NCBI RefSeq assembly: GCF_003334385.1
Contig: NZ_QOWN01000018.1
Reading direction: 5' to 3' (one strand)
Origin: Escherichia coli
Lineage (GTDB): Bacteria > Pseudomonadota > Gammaproteobacteria > Enterobacterales > Enterobacteriaceae
DNA length: 64,000 nucleotides
Both the position numbers and the translations under genes were made by a program. Numbering within the stretch: the first letter of the stretch is position 1; each line of letters starts with the position of its first letter. The notes beneath the pieces were generated by a model, which saw only the letters and a program-made list of their open reading frames with translations, was not told the DNA's origin and did no database searches. Shown here piece after piece: positions 37,479 to 52,225 of this stretch.

Positions 37479-37512
37479 AAAATAACCTAATGACAACAGG
37501 AAGCTACGATTT

Positions 37513-38559
37513 TTATTGTTTAACGGACCAGCGTACCGTTTCCCCGGCGAGGAATGGCACCAGCGTGTCATCAGTCAGTGCGATGCTTTCAGCAACCTGT
37601 TGCTCTTCACGTACCAGTTCGATGAATGTGTCGTTGACCGGCAACCCATAGAACTGCGGGCCGTTTACAGAACAGAATGCTTCAAAGTGCTGCAAAGCAT
37701 TCATTTCTTCAAAGACGGTAGCGTAACTGCCCAGCGCGGTTGGGGCGTTGAAGCAGCCCGCGCAGCCGCAACTGCTCTCTTTGCGATGACGTGCATGTGG
37801 CGCAGAATCCGTACCGAGGAATACTCGATTAAAACCGCTGGCGACCAGTTCACGCAATGCCTGTTGGTGAATATTACGTTTGAGGATGGGTAGACAATAC
37901 AGGTGCGGACGCACGCCTCCAACCAGCATATGGTTGCGGTTAAACATCAGATGCTGCGGAGTGATGGTGGCAGCCAGCCGTTCATTTCCGTCACGGACAT
38001 AGTCGGCAGCATCTTTGGTGGTGATGTGCTCAAAAACGACTTTCAGCGCAGTCAGGCGCTGGCGCAGAGGTTCCATCACGCTTTCTATAAAGCGCGCTTC
38101 ACGATCAAAAATGTCGATATCTGCATGTGTCACTTCACCATGCACCAGTAGCGGCATACCGATTTTTTCCATGCGCTCAAGTACCGGCATGATTGCGTCA
38201 ATTGACGTCACGCCGTGGCTGGAGTTAGTGGTTGCGTTTGCCGGGTAAAGTTTTGCAGCGGTGAACACGCCTTCGTTAAATCCGCGCTCCAGCTCATTAG
38301 GATCCAGCGAATCTGTTAAATAACAGGTCATCAATGGGGTGAAATCGTGCCCGGCAGGTACGGCGTCAAGAATACGCTGGCGATACGCCACGGCAGCCTC
38401 AACGGTGGTCACGGGCGGAGCCAGATTGGGCATTACGATAGCCCGTCCATAAATTTCGCTGGTATATGGCACGACAGTTTTTAACATGTCGCCATCGCGG
38501 AGGTGAAGGTGCCAGTCGTCTGGGCGGCGGATCTTTAATACCTGGGATGGTGCAGTCAT
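37513..38559 (-). CDS. pyrC: dihydroorotase
   Basis: 348 aa; [26 protein letters not shown] metal-binding HxH motif. Confidence 0.95.
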
Positions 38560-38664
38560 TAATCTCTATGCTCCGGCTGAAGGGATGTTTTTGCCGGACA
38601 CAAAGGATAAGCGGAAACGTTTTCCTTTGCACGAAAAATAAAGGGCGCGAATGCGCCCTCGTGA

Positions 38665-39225
38665 TTAATCAGTAAATGGAATGACAATTTCGCCTGGCTT
38701 CACTTCAATGCCTTTCGCCAGTTTTTTCGCCATTGCTTCGCCCTGGCTGCCATCTTCGCGCAGGACGTAAGCAGGTTGCTGGTTAAAGTAATTGCGTAAT
38801 GCCTGGTTCAAATAGGGAAGCAACGTTTGCATCACCGTTTGCATTTTTTCCGGTTGTACCGTCGCATCGACCACTTCCATCTCTTTCAGGAAGATCGCAC
38901 CTTTTTCTTTATCAAACACGGGCAGCGCTTTCAGCTTCAGTTTCATGGTCGCTTTCTGACTACCGAACAGGGAGTTCATGTCCAGATTGGCGTCTCCGGT
39001 TAGGGTAACCTTATTCGGCTCTTCGCGACCAATTTGGCTGGTCAGGTTTGTCAGAACAATATGGGCGTCAGCCACGCCGGGTAAACCGATATCTTTTGAG
39101 AAATTATTATGTTTCGCAAGCGACTGGTTAATTTCTTGTTCGGTGATGGTGTATTGGGTGAGTTGATTACAGCCAACGAGCAGGCCACTGACGATCAATG
39201 CAGCGGCAAATAAAAACTTGTTCAT
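38665..39225 (-). CDS. yceB: lipoprotein YceB (DUF1439)
   Basis: Start trimmed to MNKFLFAAALIVSGLLVGC (lipobox), 186 aa. Confidence 0.88.
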   Translation of the reverse strand: MNKFLFAAALIVSGLLVGCNQLTQYTITEQEINQSLAKHNNFSKDIGLPGVADAHIVLTNLTSQIGREEPNKVTLTGDANLDMNSLFGSQKATMKLKLKALPVFDKEKGAIFLKEMEVVDATVQPEKMQTVMQTLLPYLNQALRNYFNQQPAYVLREDGSQGEAMAKKLAKGIEVKPGEIVIPFTD

Positions 39226-39358
39226 GGTAGTCCTCGACATGAAATCTGCGTCAATATCCTGACACAACGCAGCATGTGTCACCAGCGATAAACTCGCCAG
39301 CAGAAAAAACTGAAAACGGCGGCAACCCGCGAATACAGGCTGCCGCGGCGGGTCAGGA

Positions 39359-40006
39359 TTAAATCGCCATTGATGATAACAAATTGATTTGTGTCTGTTT
39401 CGCCATATTATCGCGGTAATCAGCAACGCGGCTTGGCCAGTTAATTCCGGCTACCAGCGTCAGATTACGCAGTAGCGGGAATAGCTGAATATCATCTTCC
39501 GAAAGTTCGCCATTCACGGCGTTCGGTTTGACGATCAGTTTGTCCAGCGCACGTAAATCATCGCTGATATTCTTAATCAGACCGTCAGAGTGGGCCAGCA
39601 GGTCGGCAAAATTACCCGCGCTGGCCTCTTTCTTGTCGACGAAATATTTGCGCGCGGCGGGAGTAGAAAACTCATCAAATGCCGATTTGGCAAAACGCGG
39701 CAACAGCAGTTTGTTGGCGTAGCCATTGACCTTGCGCAGCCACTCTTCAATGGCAGGGGAACGTTTGCCGGTCAGTAACGGTTTGCCGTCGAGTTTATCG
39801 ACATAGTGAACGATGTCCATGCTTTCTGGCATATAGCGGCTGTCATCTTTTTGCAGAATGGGAACCTGTTTTTGACCGACCATCCGGGTGGGTGTTTCTG
39901 CGTCGTCGTTGAGCAGAACATGTAATTCGACGGGGATATTTTTCAGGCCGAAAATCATGCGGGCTTTGAGGCAGTAAGGGCAGTGATCGTAAATGTATAG
40001 CTTCAC
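39359..40006 (-). CDS. grxB: glutaredoxin 2
   Basis: 215 aa; MKLYIYDHCPYCLKARMIF (CPYC active site). Confidence 0.95.
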   Translation of the reverse strand: MKLYIYDHCPYCLKARMIFGLKNIPVELHVLLNDDAETPTRMVGQKQVPILQKDDSRYMPESMDIVHYVDKLDGKPLLTGKRSPAIEEWLRKVNGYANKLLLPRFAKSAFDEFSTPAARKYFVDKKEASAGNFADLLAHSDGLIKNISDDLRALDKLIVKPNAVNGELSEDDIQLFPLLRNLTLVAGINWPSRVADYRDNMAKQTQINLLSSMAI

Positions 40007-40069
40007 GTGACTCCTCCATTTGGCTGTCAGTTCACTTTCAGTATGGAGGAGTCAGGGGGGAGTATCAAA

Positions 40070-41278
40070 TCAGGCGTCGCGTTCAAGCAAACGACGCGCG
40101 GCGCGTTTCTGGCTAAACTGCCAACCCAGCGCAAGGAAAGTGAAGATGCCAATAATGCCCAGCATCATCCACGGAAGCTCTGGCTGGTGCGCCGATTTGC
40201 CCAGGTCAAACAGCCAGCCGCCACCGATATAACCAATAGCGCCGCCAATCGCCAGACCCAGACGGCTAAACCCCATATAGCTGCCGCGAGCTCTTGCGTC
40301 CGCCAGCGAAGCACTTAAGGTTTCACGCGCAGGCTCGGCAATGATCGACCCGATATAAAACAGACAAATCAGGGTGAAAAGTTGTTGCAGGCCGCTGACC
40401 ATGCCCACCGGCATCATGCTAAATGACATTATCAACAGCCCAGCCATCAACCGGTGTTCCAGACGAAAATGCTTTTCACTCCAGCGGGCGATAGGGTAGA
40501 GCAACGTTAACGACAGACACGCTTCAATGGCATACATCCATTTAACGGCAGAGGGCGCGCCAGCCACGTCGTTGACCATAATTGGCAGCATCAGCATCAC
40601 TTGTACAGCCAGCATGTAGTAACCCGCCAGCGTCAGAACATAGGTGACAAAACGCTTGTCACGCATCACGCGGGTCATGCCTTCGCGAACGGGCGTGCGT
40701 ACGGTGGAGAGTTTCCATGCTGGTAACAACCACGCATTGAACGCCGCACATAGCACAAATAGAACTGCCCCTGTGGCGCAGACCAGGCGAAAGTCGTATT
40801 GCAACAGCCAGCTCCCCAACAATGCGCCAATGACCGCACCGGCACTGTCCTGCATCATCAACAGCGAGAAAAAACGACCACGCTGCTGTGGACGGATTAA
40901 TTTCACCACCAGCGCCGAACGCGGCGGATCAAACAACGTGCCACCGAGTCCCGAGAGCAGGCATGAAAACCACAATAGCCACGGTTCGTGGGCGATACCC
41001 ATTGTGGCGAATCCGGCGGCGCGCATCAGCATACCGGTAACAATCATCGGTTTGGCACCAAAGCGGTCGGCAATTGCACCGCCGAAAATACCCAGACCTT
41101 GCTGAATAAATTGGCGTAGACCGAGAGCAATACCGACCATGACGGCGGCCCAGCCCATTTGATCAACGAAGCGGATAGAGATCAGCGGGAAGACAACAAA
41201 GAACCCCAGCACGACCAGCATATTATCGATGAGCAGGAAATATTTACCCAGGTTCCTCGCCTGCGACACGCGGGACAT
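40070..41278 (-). CDS. mdtH: MFS multidrug resistance transporter MdtH
   Basis: Start trimmed to [16 protein letters not shown] (402 aa); 12-TM MFS. Confidence 0.92.
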   Translation of the reverse strand: MSRVSQARNLGKYFLLIDNMLVVLGFFVVFPLISIRFVDQMGWAAVMVGIALGLRQFIQQGLGIFGGAIADRFGAKPMIVTGMLMRAAGFATMGIAHEPWLLWFSCLLSGLGGTLFDPPRSALVVKLIRPQQRGRFFSLLMMQDSAGAVIGALLGSWLLQYDFRLVCATGAVLFVLCAAFNAWLLPAWKLSTVRTPVREGMTRVMRDKRFVTYVLTLAGYYMLAVQVMLMLPIMVNDVAGAPSAVKWMYAIEACLSLTLLYPIARWSEKHFRLEHRLMAGLLIMSFSMMPVGMVSGLQQLFTLICLFYIGSIIAEPARETLSASLADARARGSYMGFSRLGLAIGGAIGYIGGGWLFDLGKSAHQPELPWMMLGIIGIFTFLALGWQFSQKRAARRLLERDA

Positions 41279-41513
41279 TTCCCCTCCCGGGAAATAAAAG
41301 ATGAGCACTTTCTATTCTGCATTGCCGCTAAGACTTTTCCCATCACTTCGGGGACAATATTTTTTTATCAAAACGTCGCTTTGATAGAGAGTTTTTATCA
41401 AATATGTGAATAATGCAGAAAATGGCATTTTGGACTTTTCACAGGGTCTGGTTGCGCAGGTATAGTAATACTTACAGCGTATTAAAGACGTTACGGGAAG
41501 GAGTAGGTATAGA

Positions 41514-42756
<1,243 letters not shown>

Positions 42757-42757
42757 A

Positions 42758-43681
42758 GTGAAAAAATTACGTATCGGCGTAGTGGGATTAGGTGGCATTG
42801 CGCAAAAAGCGTGGTTACCGGTGCTGGCGGCAGCGTCTGACTGGACGTTACAAGGAGCCTGGTCGCCTACGCGCGCGAAAGCCCTGCCAATTTGTGAAAG
42901 CTGGCGCATTCCTTATGCCGATTCGGTATCCAGCCTTGCCGCCAGTTGCGATGCGGTTTTTGTGCATTCCAGCACCGCCAGCCACTTTGACGTGGTCAGT
43001 ACGTTACTCAATGCGGGGGTACATGTCTGTGTCGATAAACCGCTGGCAGAAAATCTGCGCGATGCTGAACGGCTGGTGGAACTGGCGGCGCGGAAAAAAC
43101 TGACGTTGATGGTCGGTTTTAACCGTCGTTTCGCACCACTCTACGGTGAGTTAAAAACGCAACTCGCCACCGCAGCCTCGCTAAGAATGGATAAACATCG
43201 TAGCAATAGCGTCGGGCCACACGATCTTTATTTCACGTTGCTGGATGATTATCTGCATGTGGTGGATACCGCGCTGTGGTTGTCGGGCGGCAAAGCCTCT
43301 CTGGATGGCGGTACGCTACTGACTAACGACGCTGGCGAAATGCTGTTTGCCGAGCACCATTTTTCGGCTGGTCCTTTGCAGATCACCACCTGTATGCATC
43401 GCCGTGCCGGAAGTCAGCGTGAAACCGTGCAGGCCGTGACTGACGGTGCGCTCATCGACATTACGGATATGCGCGAATGGCGTGAGGAGCGCGGGCAGGG
43501 CGTAGTGCATAAACCGATTCCTGGTTGGCAGAGTACGCTTGAGCAACGTGGGTTTGTCGGCTGTGCGCGGCACTTCATTGAATGTGTGCAAAACCAGACA
43601 GTTCCGCAAACCGCCGGCGAACAGGCCGTGCTGGCGCAACGTATCGTTGACAAGATCTGGCGCGATGCGATGAGTGAATAA
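42758..43681 (+). CDS. yceM: Gfo/Idh/MocA-family oxidoreductase YceM (MviM)
   Basis: GTG start giving MKKLRIGVVGLGGIAQKA Rossmann motif; 307 aa. Confidence 0.88.
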   Translation: MKKLRIGVVGLGGIAQKAWLPVLAAASDWTLQGAWSPTRAKALPICESWRIPYADSVSSLAASCDAVFVHSSTASHFDVVSTLLNAGVHVCVDKPLAENLRDAERLVELAARKKLTLMVGFNRRFAPLYGELKTQLATAASLRMDKHRSNSVGPHDLYFTLLDDYLHVVDTALWLSGGKASLDGGTLLTNDAGEMLFAEHHFSAGPLQITTCMHRRAGSQRETVQAVTDGALIDITDMREWREERGQGVVHKPIPGWQSTLEQRGFVGCARHFIECVQNQTVPQTAGEQAVLAQRIVDKIWRDAMSE

Positions 43682-43703
43682 ACCCTGTAACATCTGGCGG
43701 TAG

Positions 43704-45326
<1,623 letters not shown>

Positions 45327-45335
45327 CAATGCATT

Positions 45336-45356
45336 CCGGCCTGCAGTGCAGGCCGG
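45336..45356. terminator. bidirectional hairpin between convergent murJ and flgN
   Basis: Perfect palindrome CCGGCCTGCAGTGCAGGCCGG in the 39-bp gap between the two stop codons. Confidence 0.6.
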
Positions 45357-45365
45357 AGATAATCT

Positions 45366-45782
45366 TCAGATCGAAATCTTTTTACCGCCGCGATGGGTTG
45401 TTGAGGTCTGACCGTTCGCCCCATATAGCGTCGGTTCCTGATGCGGTTTCAACATTTCCAGCGCCTGTTGATTGCGCTCAATCTGTCCTTCCAGTAACCA
45501 GCCGTTATGTTGATTCATTTGGCGTAGTTGCTGCGTTTTCACAGTAATTTCCTGCCAGCGTTGACTAATATCAACGCTATTTGCTGTATTGGGTTCTTTC
45601 CTGCGTAACTGTTCGAGGTAATCCAGCGTCGCCAGCAGTGAGCTTTTTTGTTCTGTAATCCATTGCAACTGGCTGCCGTTGATCTGCCCCATAGAGAGAT
45701 GTTGCTGCTCTTGATCCATTACCGTTTTGAGATCGTTAAGCACAGCGGACATCTGGTCGAGGATCTCTGCAAGACGTGTCAT
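45366..45782 (-). CDS. flgN: flagellar export chaperone FlgN
   Basis: 138-aa ORF, flg cluster position. Confidence 0.93.
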   Translation of the reverse strand: MTRLAEILDQMSAVLNDLKTVMDQEQQHLSMGQINGSQLQWITEQKSSLLATLDYLEQLRRKEPNTANSVDISQRWQEITVKTQQLRQMNQHNGWLLEGQIERNQQALEMLKPHQEPTLYGANGQTSTTHRGGKKISI

Positions 45783-45786
45783 ACGA

Positions 45787-46080
45787 TCAGTTACTCTGCA
45801 AGTCTTGCTGCGCTTCGTTGATCAGCGCATCGGCAATTTTGCCGGTGTCCATTTTTAGTTCACCGTTACGAATCGCCAGTTTTAACGCTTCGACACGTTC
45901 AAGATTGATATCACTGCTGCCGGGTTGCATCAGTTTTGCTTGCGCGTCGCTTAACGTCACACTGGTGCTGGTGGAGGCGGTTGTTTTTGCCGCCCGGCTG
46001 TTCGTTACCGGCGCGTCAGTGGTTTCGCGCGGTTGAACGGTGCTTACAGGCTTCAGAGGCGAAGTGCGATCAATACTCAT
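45787..46080 (-). CDS. flgM: anti-sigma-28 factor FlgM
   Basis: 97-aa ORF, flg cluster position. Confidence 0.95.
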   Translation of the reverse strand: MSIDRTSPLKPVSTVQPRETTDAPVTNSRAAKTTASTSTSVTLSDAQAKLMQPGSSDINLERVEALKLAIRNGELKMDTGKIADALINEAQQDLQSN

Positions 46081-46123
46081 GGTTTATTCCTCATTGAGGG
46101 CGCTTTTATCATGTGTTGCTTAT

Positions 46124-46150
46124 TTATCGGCAAGGGACGGGTAATCTTTA
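46124..46150 (-). promoter_or_regulatory. sigma-28 (FliA) class 3 promoter for flgMN
   Basis: Minus strand TAAAGATTACCCGTCCCTTGCCGATAA (TAAA-N15-GCCGATAA) about 45 bp upstream of flgM. Confidence 0.75.
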
Positions 46151-46155
46151 ACAGC

Positions 46156-46815
46156 TTACAGGTTTATAAGAATATTCCCATCTGCATCAACAACGCCGCT
46201 GACTACCTGTCCCGATACCATGCGCACCCGCGCATTCTGTGCGACGGCTGCATTGTTCAGCGCCTGACCTTCTGCGTTGGCGCTAAACCCATCACCGCTG
46301 GCGATCACATTGACGCGTTGTCCCGCTTTTACCCGCCATGCCTGGCGAAACTGGGTTAACTGGATAGGTTGATCGGGTGATAGATCGCGCAGGCTAATGG
46401 CATCAACAAGTTGATTGATATCCAGCACCGTACGCGGTGGCAGGGTATCCAGCCGTCCGCGTTTCAGTTTGACATTGCCAGCTTCCAGCTTTCCTCCCCG
46501 CGCAATGGGCATCGCGGCAACCACATAATTTCCTGTGGCCTGTACATTAACCTGTAAATATCGTTTGTCGTTACCGCAGCGTGCCAACACATTCACATTG
46601 CCCCACAGGCGGGAATTATTGCTCATCGAAAGCAATGGCTGCTCGCATGGCGGTAGTAGATTGGGCGCTGTACGAATAGAAACACGAACCTCATCACTTA
46701 CCCCCGCGAGTTGGGCGCTAAAAAAGTTGTGCAATTGCGATGTGAGATTGCTCGCCGTACTTAACGGACTGAACAGTATCGCGATGATCGCCACGCTACG
46801 TTTTATTATCAGCAT
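46156..46815 (-). CDS. flgA: flagellar P-ring assembly chaperone FlgA
   Basis: 219 aa with signal peptide. Confidence 0.93.
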   Translation of the reverse strand: MLIIKRSVAIIAILFSPLSTASNLTSQLHNFFSAQLAGVSDEVRVSIRTAPNLLPPCEQPLLSMSNNSRLWGNVNVLARCGNDKRYLQVNVQATGNYVVAAMPIARGGKLEAGNVKLKRGRLDTLPPRTVLDINQLVDAISLRDLSPDQPIQLTQFRQAWRVKAGQRVNVIASGDGFSANAEGQALNNAAVAQNARVRMVSGQVVSGVVDADGNILINL

Positions 46816-46969
46816 TTTCGCCCCCAGCCATTTCTACAACGTGAATTGTACCTGTCCGCAATGACCATCAACGGCATAAATAGCGACCCATTTTGCGTTT
46901 ATTCCGCCGATAACGCGCGCGTAAAGGCATTTAAGCTGATGGCAGAATTTTGATACCTGCGGAGGAGAT
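46816..46969. promoter_or_regulatory. flgA / flgB divergent class 2 (FlhDC-dependent) promoter region
   Basis: 154-bp gap between divergent flgA and flgB; binding sites not individually resolved. Confidence 0.6.
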
Positions 46970-47386
46970 ATGCTCGATAAGCTCGACGCCGCCTTACGTT
47001 TTCAACAAGAGGCGCTCAATCTGCGCGCCCAGCGTCAGGAAGTGCTGGCAGCAAACATCGCCAATGCCGATACCCCTGGTTATCAGGCGCGCGATATCGA
47101 TTTTGCCAGTGAACTTAAAAAAGTCATGCAACGTGGACGGGATGCAACCAGTGTGGTTGCACTGACGATGACCTCAACGCAACACATTCCGGCGCAGGCG
47201 CTGACGCCTCCTACCGCAGAACTGCAATACCGTATTCCGGACCAGCCTTCGCTTGACGGTAATACCGTCGATATGGATCGCGAACGCACCCAGTTTGCCG
47301 ATAACAGCCTGCAATACCAGATGAGCCTTAGCGCGTTGAGCGGGCAAATCAAAGGCATGATGAACGTTTTACAGAGCGGAAATTAA
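46970..47386 (+). CDS. flgB: flagellar basal-body rod protein FlgB
   Basis: 138 aa. Confidence 0.95.
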
Positions 47387-47389
47387 CGG

Positions 47390-47794
47390 ATGGCACTGCT
47401 GAATATTTTTGATATCGCCGGGTCGGCGTTAACTGCCCAGTCCCAGCGCCTGAACGTGGCGGCCAGTAATCTGGCGAATGCTGATAGCGTGACCGGTCCC
47501 GATGGACAGCCATATCGGGCAAAACAGGTGGTATTCCAGGTTAACGCTGCACCAGGTGCTGCGACAGGCGGCGTAAAGGTTGCCGATGTTATAGAAAGTC
47601 AGGCCCCGGACAAACTGGTTTATGAACCGGGTAATCCGCTGGCAGATGCAAAGGGCTACGTAAAAATGCCGAACGTTGATGTTGTCGGAGAGATGGTTAA
47701 CACCATGTCGGCGTCACGCAGCTATCAGGCCAATGTTGAAGTGCTCAACACGGTGAAAAGCATGATGCTGAAAACCCTTACGCTCGGTCAATAA
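47390..47794 (+). CDS. flgC: flagellar basal-body rod protein FlgC
   Basis: 134 aa. Confidence 0.95.
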
Positions 47795-47805
47795 AGGAGA
47801 AAGCT

Positions 47806-48501
47806 ATGTCCATTGCGGTAACCACCACCGATCCGACAAATACCGGCGTCAGTACCACCAGCAGTAGTTCGCTCACGGGCAGCAACGCCGCAGATTTACA
47901 AAGCAGTTTTCTGACTTTGCTGGTGGCGCAGCTGAAAAACCAGGACCCGACCAATCCAATGGAAAACAACGAGCTGACGTCGCAATTGGCACAAATCAGC
48001 ACGGTCAGCGGGATTGAAAAACTCAATACCACGCTCGGATCTATTTCCGGACAGATTGATAACAGCCAGTCGTTACAGGCCAGTAACCTGATCGGTCACG
48101 GCGTGATGATCCCCGGCACCACTGTTCTTGCGGGAACCGGCAGTGAAGAAGGGGCTGTGACCACGACCACGCCGTTTGGTGTTGAGCTGCAACAGGCGGC
48201 AGACAAAGTTACGGCCACCATCACCGATAAAAATGGCGCGGTTGTGCGCACCATTGATATTGGTGAACTGACCGCCGGAGTTCACAGTTTCACCTGGGAC
48301 GGTACGTTGACTGATGGCAGCACTGCGCCGAACGGTTCTTACAATGTAGCGATTAGCGCCAGTAACGGTGGTACACAACTGGTTGCCCAGCCGCTGCAGT
48401 TTGCTCTGGTGCAGGGTGTGATCCGCGGCAACAGCGGTAATACGCTGGATCTCGGCACTTACGGCACCACCACCCTCGACGAAGTACGGCAGATAATTTA
48501 A
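47806..48501 (+). CDS. flgD: flagellar hook capping/assembly protein FlgD
   Basis: 231 aa. Confidence 0.95.
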   Translation: MSIAVTTTDPTNTGVSTTSSSSLTGSNAADLQSSFLTLLVAQLKNQDPTNPMENNELTSQLAQISTVSGIEKLNTTLGSISGQIDNSQSLQASNLIGHGVMIPGTTVLAGTGSEEGAVTTTTPFGVELQQAADKVTATITDKNGAVVRTIDIGELTAGVHSFTWDGTLTDGSTAPNGSYNVAISASNGGTQLVAQPLQFALVQGVIRGNSGNTLDLGTYGTTTLDEVRQII

Positions 48502-48525
48502 GCCTTCACATTTCAGGAGTCAGTC

Positions 48526-49734
48526 ATGGCCTTTTCTCAAGCGGTTAGCGGATTAAACGCTGCCGCCACCAACCTCGATGTTATTGGCAACAATATCGCC
48601 AACTCCGCCACCTACGGCTTTAAATCAGGCACGGCCTCTTTTGCCGATATGTTTGCCGGTTCGAAAGTGGGACTGGGGGTAAAAGTTGCCGGTATCACTC
48701 AGGACTTTACCGATGGCACGACCACCAACACCGGGCGAGGTCTGGACGTTGCTATCAGCCAGAACGGTTTTTTCCGTCTGGTAGACAGCAACGGTTCGGT
48801 GTTCTACAGCCGTAACGGACAATTTAAGCTGGATGAAAACCGTAACCTGGTGAATATGCAAGGTTTACAGCTGACGGGTTACCCGGCAACCGGTACGCCG
48901 CCGACTATTCAGCAAGGGGCGAATCCGACCAATATTTCGATCCCGAATACCCTGATGGCAGCGAAAACTACCACCACGGCATCGATGCAGATCAACCTGA
49001 ATTCCAGTGATCCGCTTCCTACTGTTACGCCATTCAGCGCCAGCAATGCGGATAGCTATAACAAAAAAGGTTCGGTGACTGTTTTCGACAGTCAGGGTAA
49101 TGCTCATGACATGAGCGTCTACTTTGTGAAGACCGGGGATAATAACTGGCAGGTCTACACCCAGGATAGCAGTGATCCAAACAGCATTGCGAAGACAGCG
49201 ACAACACTGGAATTTAATGCTAATGGCACATTAGTGGATGGTGCGATGGCGAATAATATCGCAACCGGCGCAATTAACGGTGCAGAACCCGCCACGTTTA
49301 GTCTGAGCTTCCTCAACTCCATGCAGCAAAATACCGGCGCTAACAATATTGTGGCAACCACCCAGAACGGCTACAAACCGGGCGATCTGGTGAGTTATCA
49401 AATCAATGATGACGGTACGGTTGTCGGCAACTATTCCAACGAACAAACCCAACTGCTGGGGCAGATTGTACTGGCGAACTTTGCCAACAACGAAGGTCTG
49501 GCATCCGAAGGCGACAACGTCTGGTCTGCGACGCAATCTTCTGGCGTGGCGCTGTTGGGGACAGCCGGGACGGGAAACTTTGGCACCCTGACCAACGGTG
49601 CGCTGGAAGCGTCCAACGTCGATCTCAGTAAAGAACTGGTCAATATGATCGTTGCCCAGCGTAACTATCAGTCTAACGCCCAGACCATCAAAACCCAGGA
49701 CCAGATCCTCAACACGCTGGTTAACTTACGCTAA
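48526..49734 (+). CDS. flgE: flagellar hook protein FlgE
   Basis: 402 aa. Confidence 0.95.
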   Translation: MAFSQAVSGLNAAATNLDVIGNNIANSATYGFKSGTASFADMFAGSKVGLGVKVAGITQDFTDGTTTNTGRGLDVAISQNGFFRLVDSNGSVFYSRNGQFKLDENRNLVNMQGLQLTGYPATGTPPTIQQGANPTNISIPNTLMAAKTTTTASMQINLNSSDPLPTVTPFSASNADSYNKKGSVTVFDSQGNAHDMSVYFVKTGDNNWQVYTQDSSDPNSIAKTATTLEFNANGTLVDGAMANNIATGAINGAEPATFSLSFLNSMQQNTGANNIVATTQNGYKPGDLVSYQINDDGTVVGNYSNEQTQLLGQIVLANFANNEGLASEGDNVWSATQSSGVALLGTAGTGNFGTLTNGALEASNVDLSKELVNMIVAQRNYQSNAQTIKTQDQILNTLVNLR

Positions 49735-49753
49735 TCGCTGACGGGATAGCTCA

Positions 49754-50509
49754 ATGGATCACGCAATTTATACCGCGATGGGAGCAGCCAGCCAGACACT
49801 GAATCAACAGGCGGTAACCGCCAGTAATCTGGCCAATGCCTCAACGCCCGGTTTTCGCGCGCAGTTGAATGCTTTACGCGCGGTGCCAGTGGAAGGGCTT
49901 TCTCTGCCCACGCGCACGTTGGTCACGGCGTCAACGCCGGGCGCAGATATGACGCCCGGCAAAATGGATTACACCTCGCGCCCGCTGGACGTCGCGTTGC
50001 AGCAGGATGGCTGGCTGGCCGTGCAGACCGCTGACGGCAGCGAAGGGTATACGCGTAATGGCAGCATTCAGGTTGATCCCACCGGGCAACTGACAATTCA
50101 GGGGCATCCGGTGATAGGCGAGGCTGGGCCAATTGCTGTGCCGGAAGGGGCGGAAATCACTATTGCTGCCGATGGCACAATCTCGGCGCTCAATCCGGGC
50201 GATCCGGCAAATACGGTTGCGCCAGTAGGGCGTCTTAAACTGGTGAAAGCCACGGGCAGCGAAGTGCAGCGCGGTGACGACGGCATTTTTCGTTTAAGCG
50301 CAGAAACCCAGGCCACGCGTGGGCCGGTACTGCAGGCAGATCCAACCTTGCGTGTGATGTCGGGGGTTCTGGAAGGCAGTAACGTCAATGCCGTTGCGGC
50401 AATGAGCGACATGATTGCCAGCGCGCGGCGTTTTGAAATGCAGATGAAGGTGATCAGCAGCGTCGATGATAACGCAGGCCGTGCCAACCAACTGCTGTCG
50501 ATGAGTTAA
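49754..50509 (+). CDS. flgF: flagellar proximal rod protein FlgF
   Basis: 251 aa. Confidence 0.95.
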   Translation: MDHAIYTAMGAASQTLNQQAVTASNLANASTPGFRAQLNALRAVPVEGLSLPTRTLVTASTPGADMTPGKMDYTSRPLDVALQQDGWLAVQTADGSEGYTRNGSIQVDPTGQLTIQGHPVIGEAGPIAVPEGAEITIAADGTISALNPGDPANTVAPVGRLKLVKATGSEVQRGDDGIFRLSAETQATRGPVLQADPTLRVMSGVLEGSNVNAVAAMSDMIASARRFEMQMKVISSVDDNAGRANQLLSMS

Positions 50510-50599
50510 TTGAAAGGATACATGACAAGTATAAGTTGCCCGATGCGCAAGTTTATCGGGTCTATGGGGGCAATCGCAATTTATCGATTTTGCGAGCAC

Positions 50600-50637
<38 letters not shown>

Positions 50638-50662
50638 GAAGACATATGCACTTTGTCACTAA

Positions 50663-51463
<801 letters not shown>

Positions 51464-51515
51464 GGCTTAACCGGTGGCAGGTTCACCGGTTTACTGATTT
51501 TTGAAGATGATAGCC

Positions 51516-52214
51516 ATGCAAAAAAACGCTGCGCATACTTATGCCATTTCCAGCTTGTTGGTGCTTTCACTAACCGGCTGCGCCTGGATACCCTCCACGC
51601 CGCTGGTGCAGGGGGCGACCAGTGCACAACCGGTTCCCGGTCCGACGCCCGTCGCCAACGGTTCTATTTTCCAGTCTGCTCAGCCGATTAACTATGGCTA
51701 TCAACCGCTGTTTGAAGATCGTCGACCACGCAATATTGGCGATACGCTGACCATCGTGTTGCAGGAGAACGTCAGCGCCAGCAAAAGCTCCTCTGCGAAT
51801 GCCAGCCGTGACGGTAAAACTAATTTTGGCTTTGATACTGTGCCGCGCTATTTGCAGGGGCTGTTTGGTAACGCTCGTGCCGATGTCGAAGCCTCCGGTG
51901 GTAACACGTTCAACGGAAAGGGCGGGGCCAATGCCAGCAATACCTTTAGCGGCACGTTGACGGTGACGGTTGACCAGGTACTGGTCAACGGCAACCTGCA
52001 TGTGGTGGGTGAAAAACAGATTGCCATTAATCAGGGTACCGAATTTATTCGCTTCTCTGGCGTGGTTAATCCACGCACTATCAGCGGCAGCAATACCGTA
52101 CCGTCTACTCAGGTGGCGGATGCGCGCATTGAATACGTAGGCAATGGCTACATTAACGAAGCGCAAAATATGGGCTGGTTGCAGCGTTTCTTCCTTAACC
52201 TGTCGCCAATGTAA
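51516..52214 (+). CDS. flgH: flagellar L-ring lipoprotein FlgH
   Basis: Start trimmed to [22 protein letters not shown] (lipobox), 232 aa. Confidence 0.93.
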
Positions 52215-52225
52215 GTGAGGCTGTG

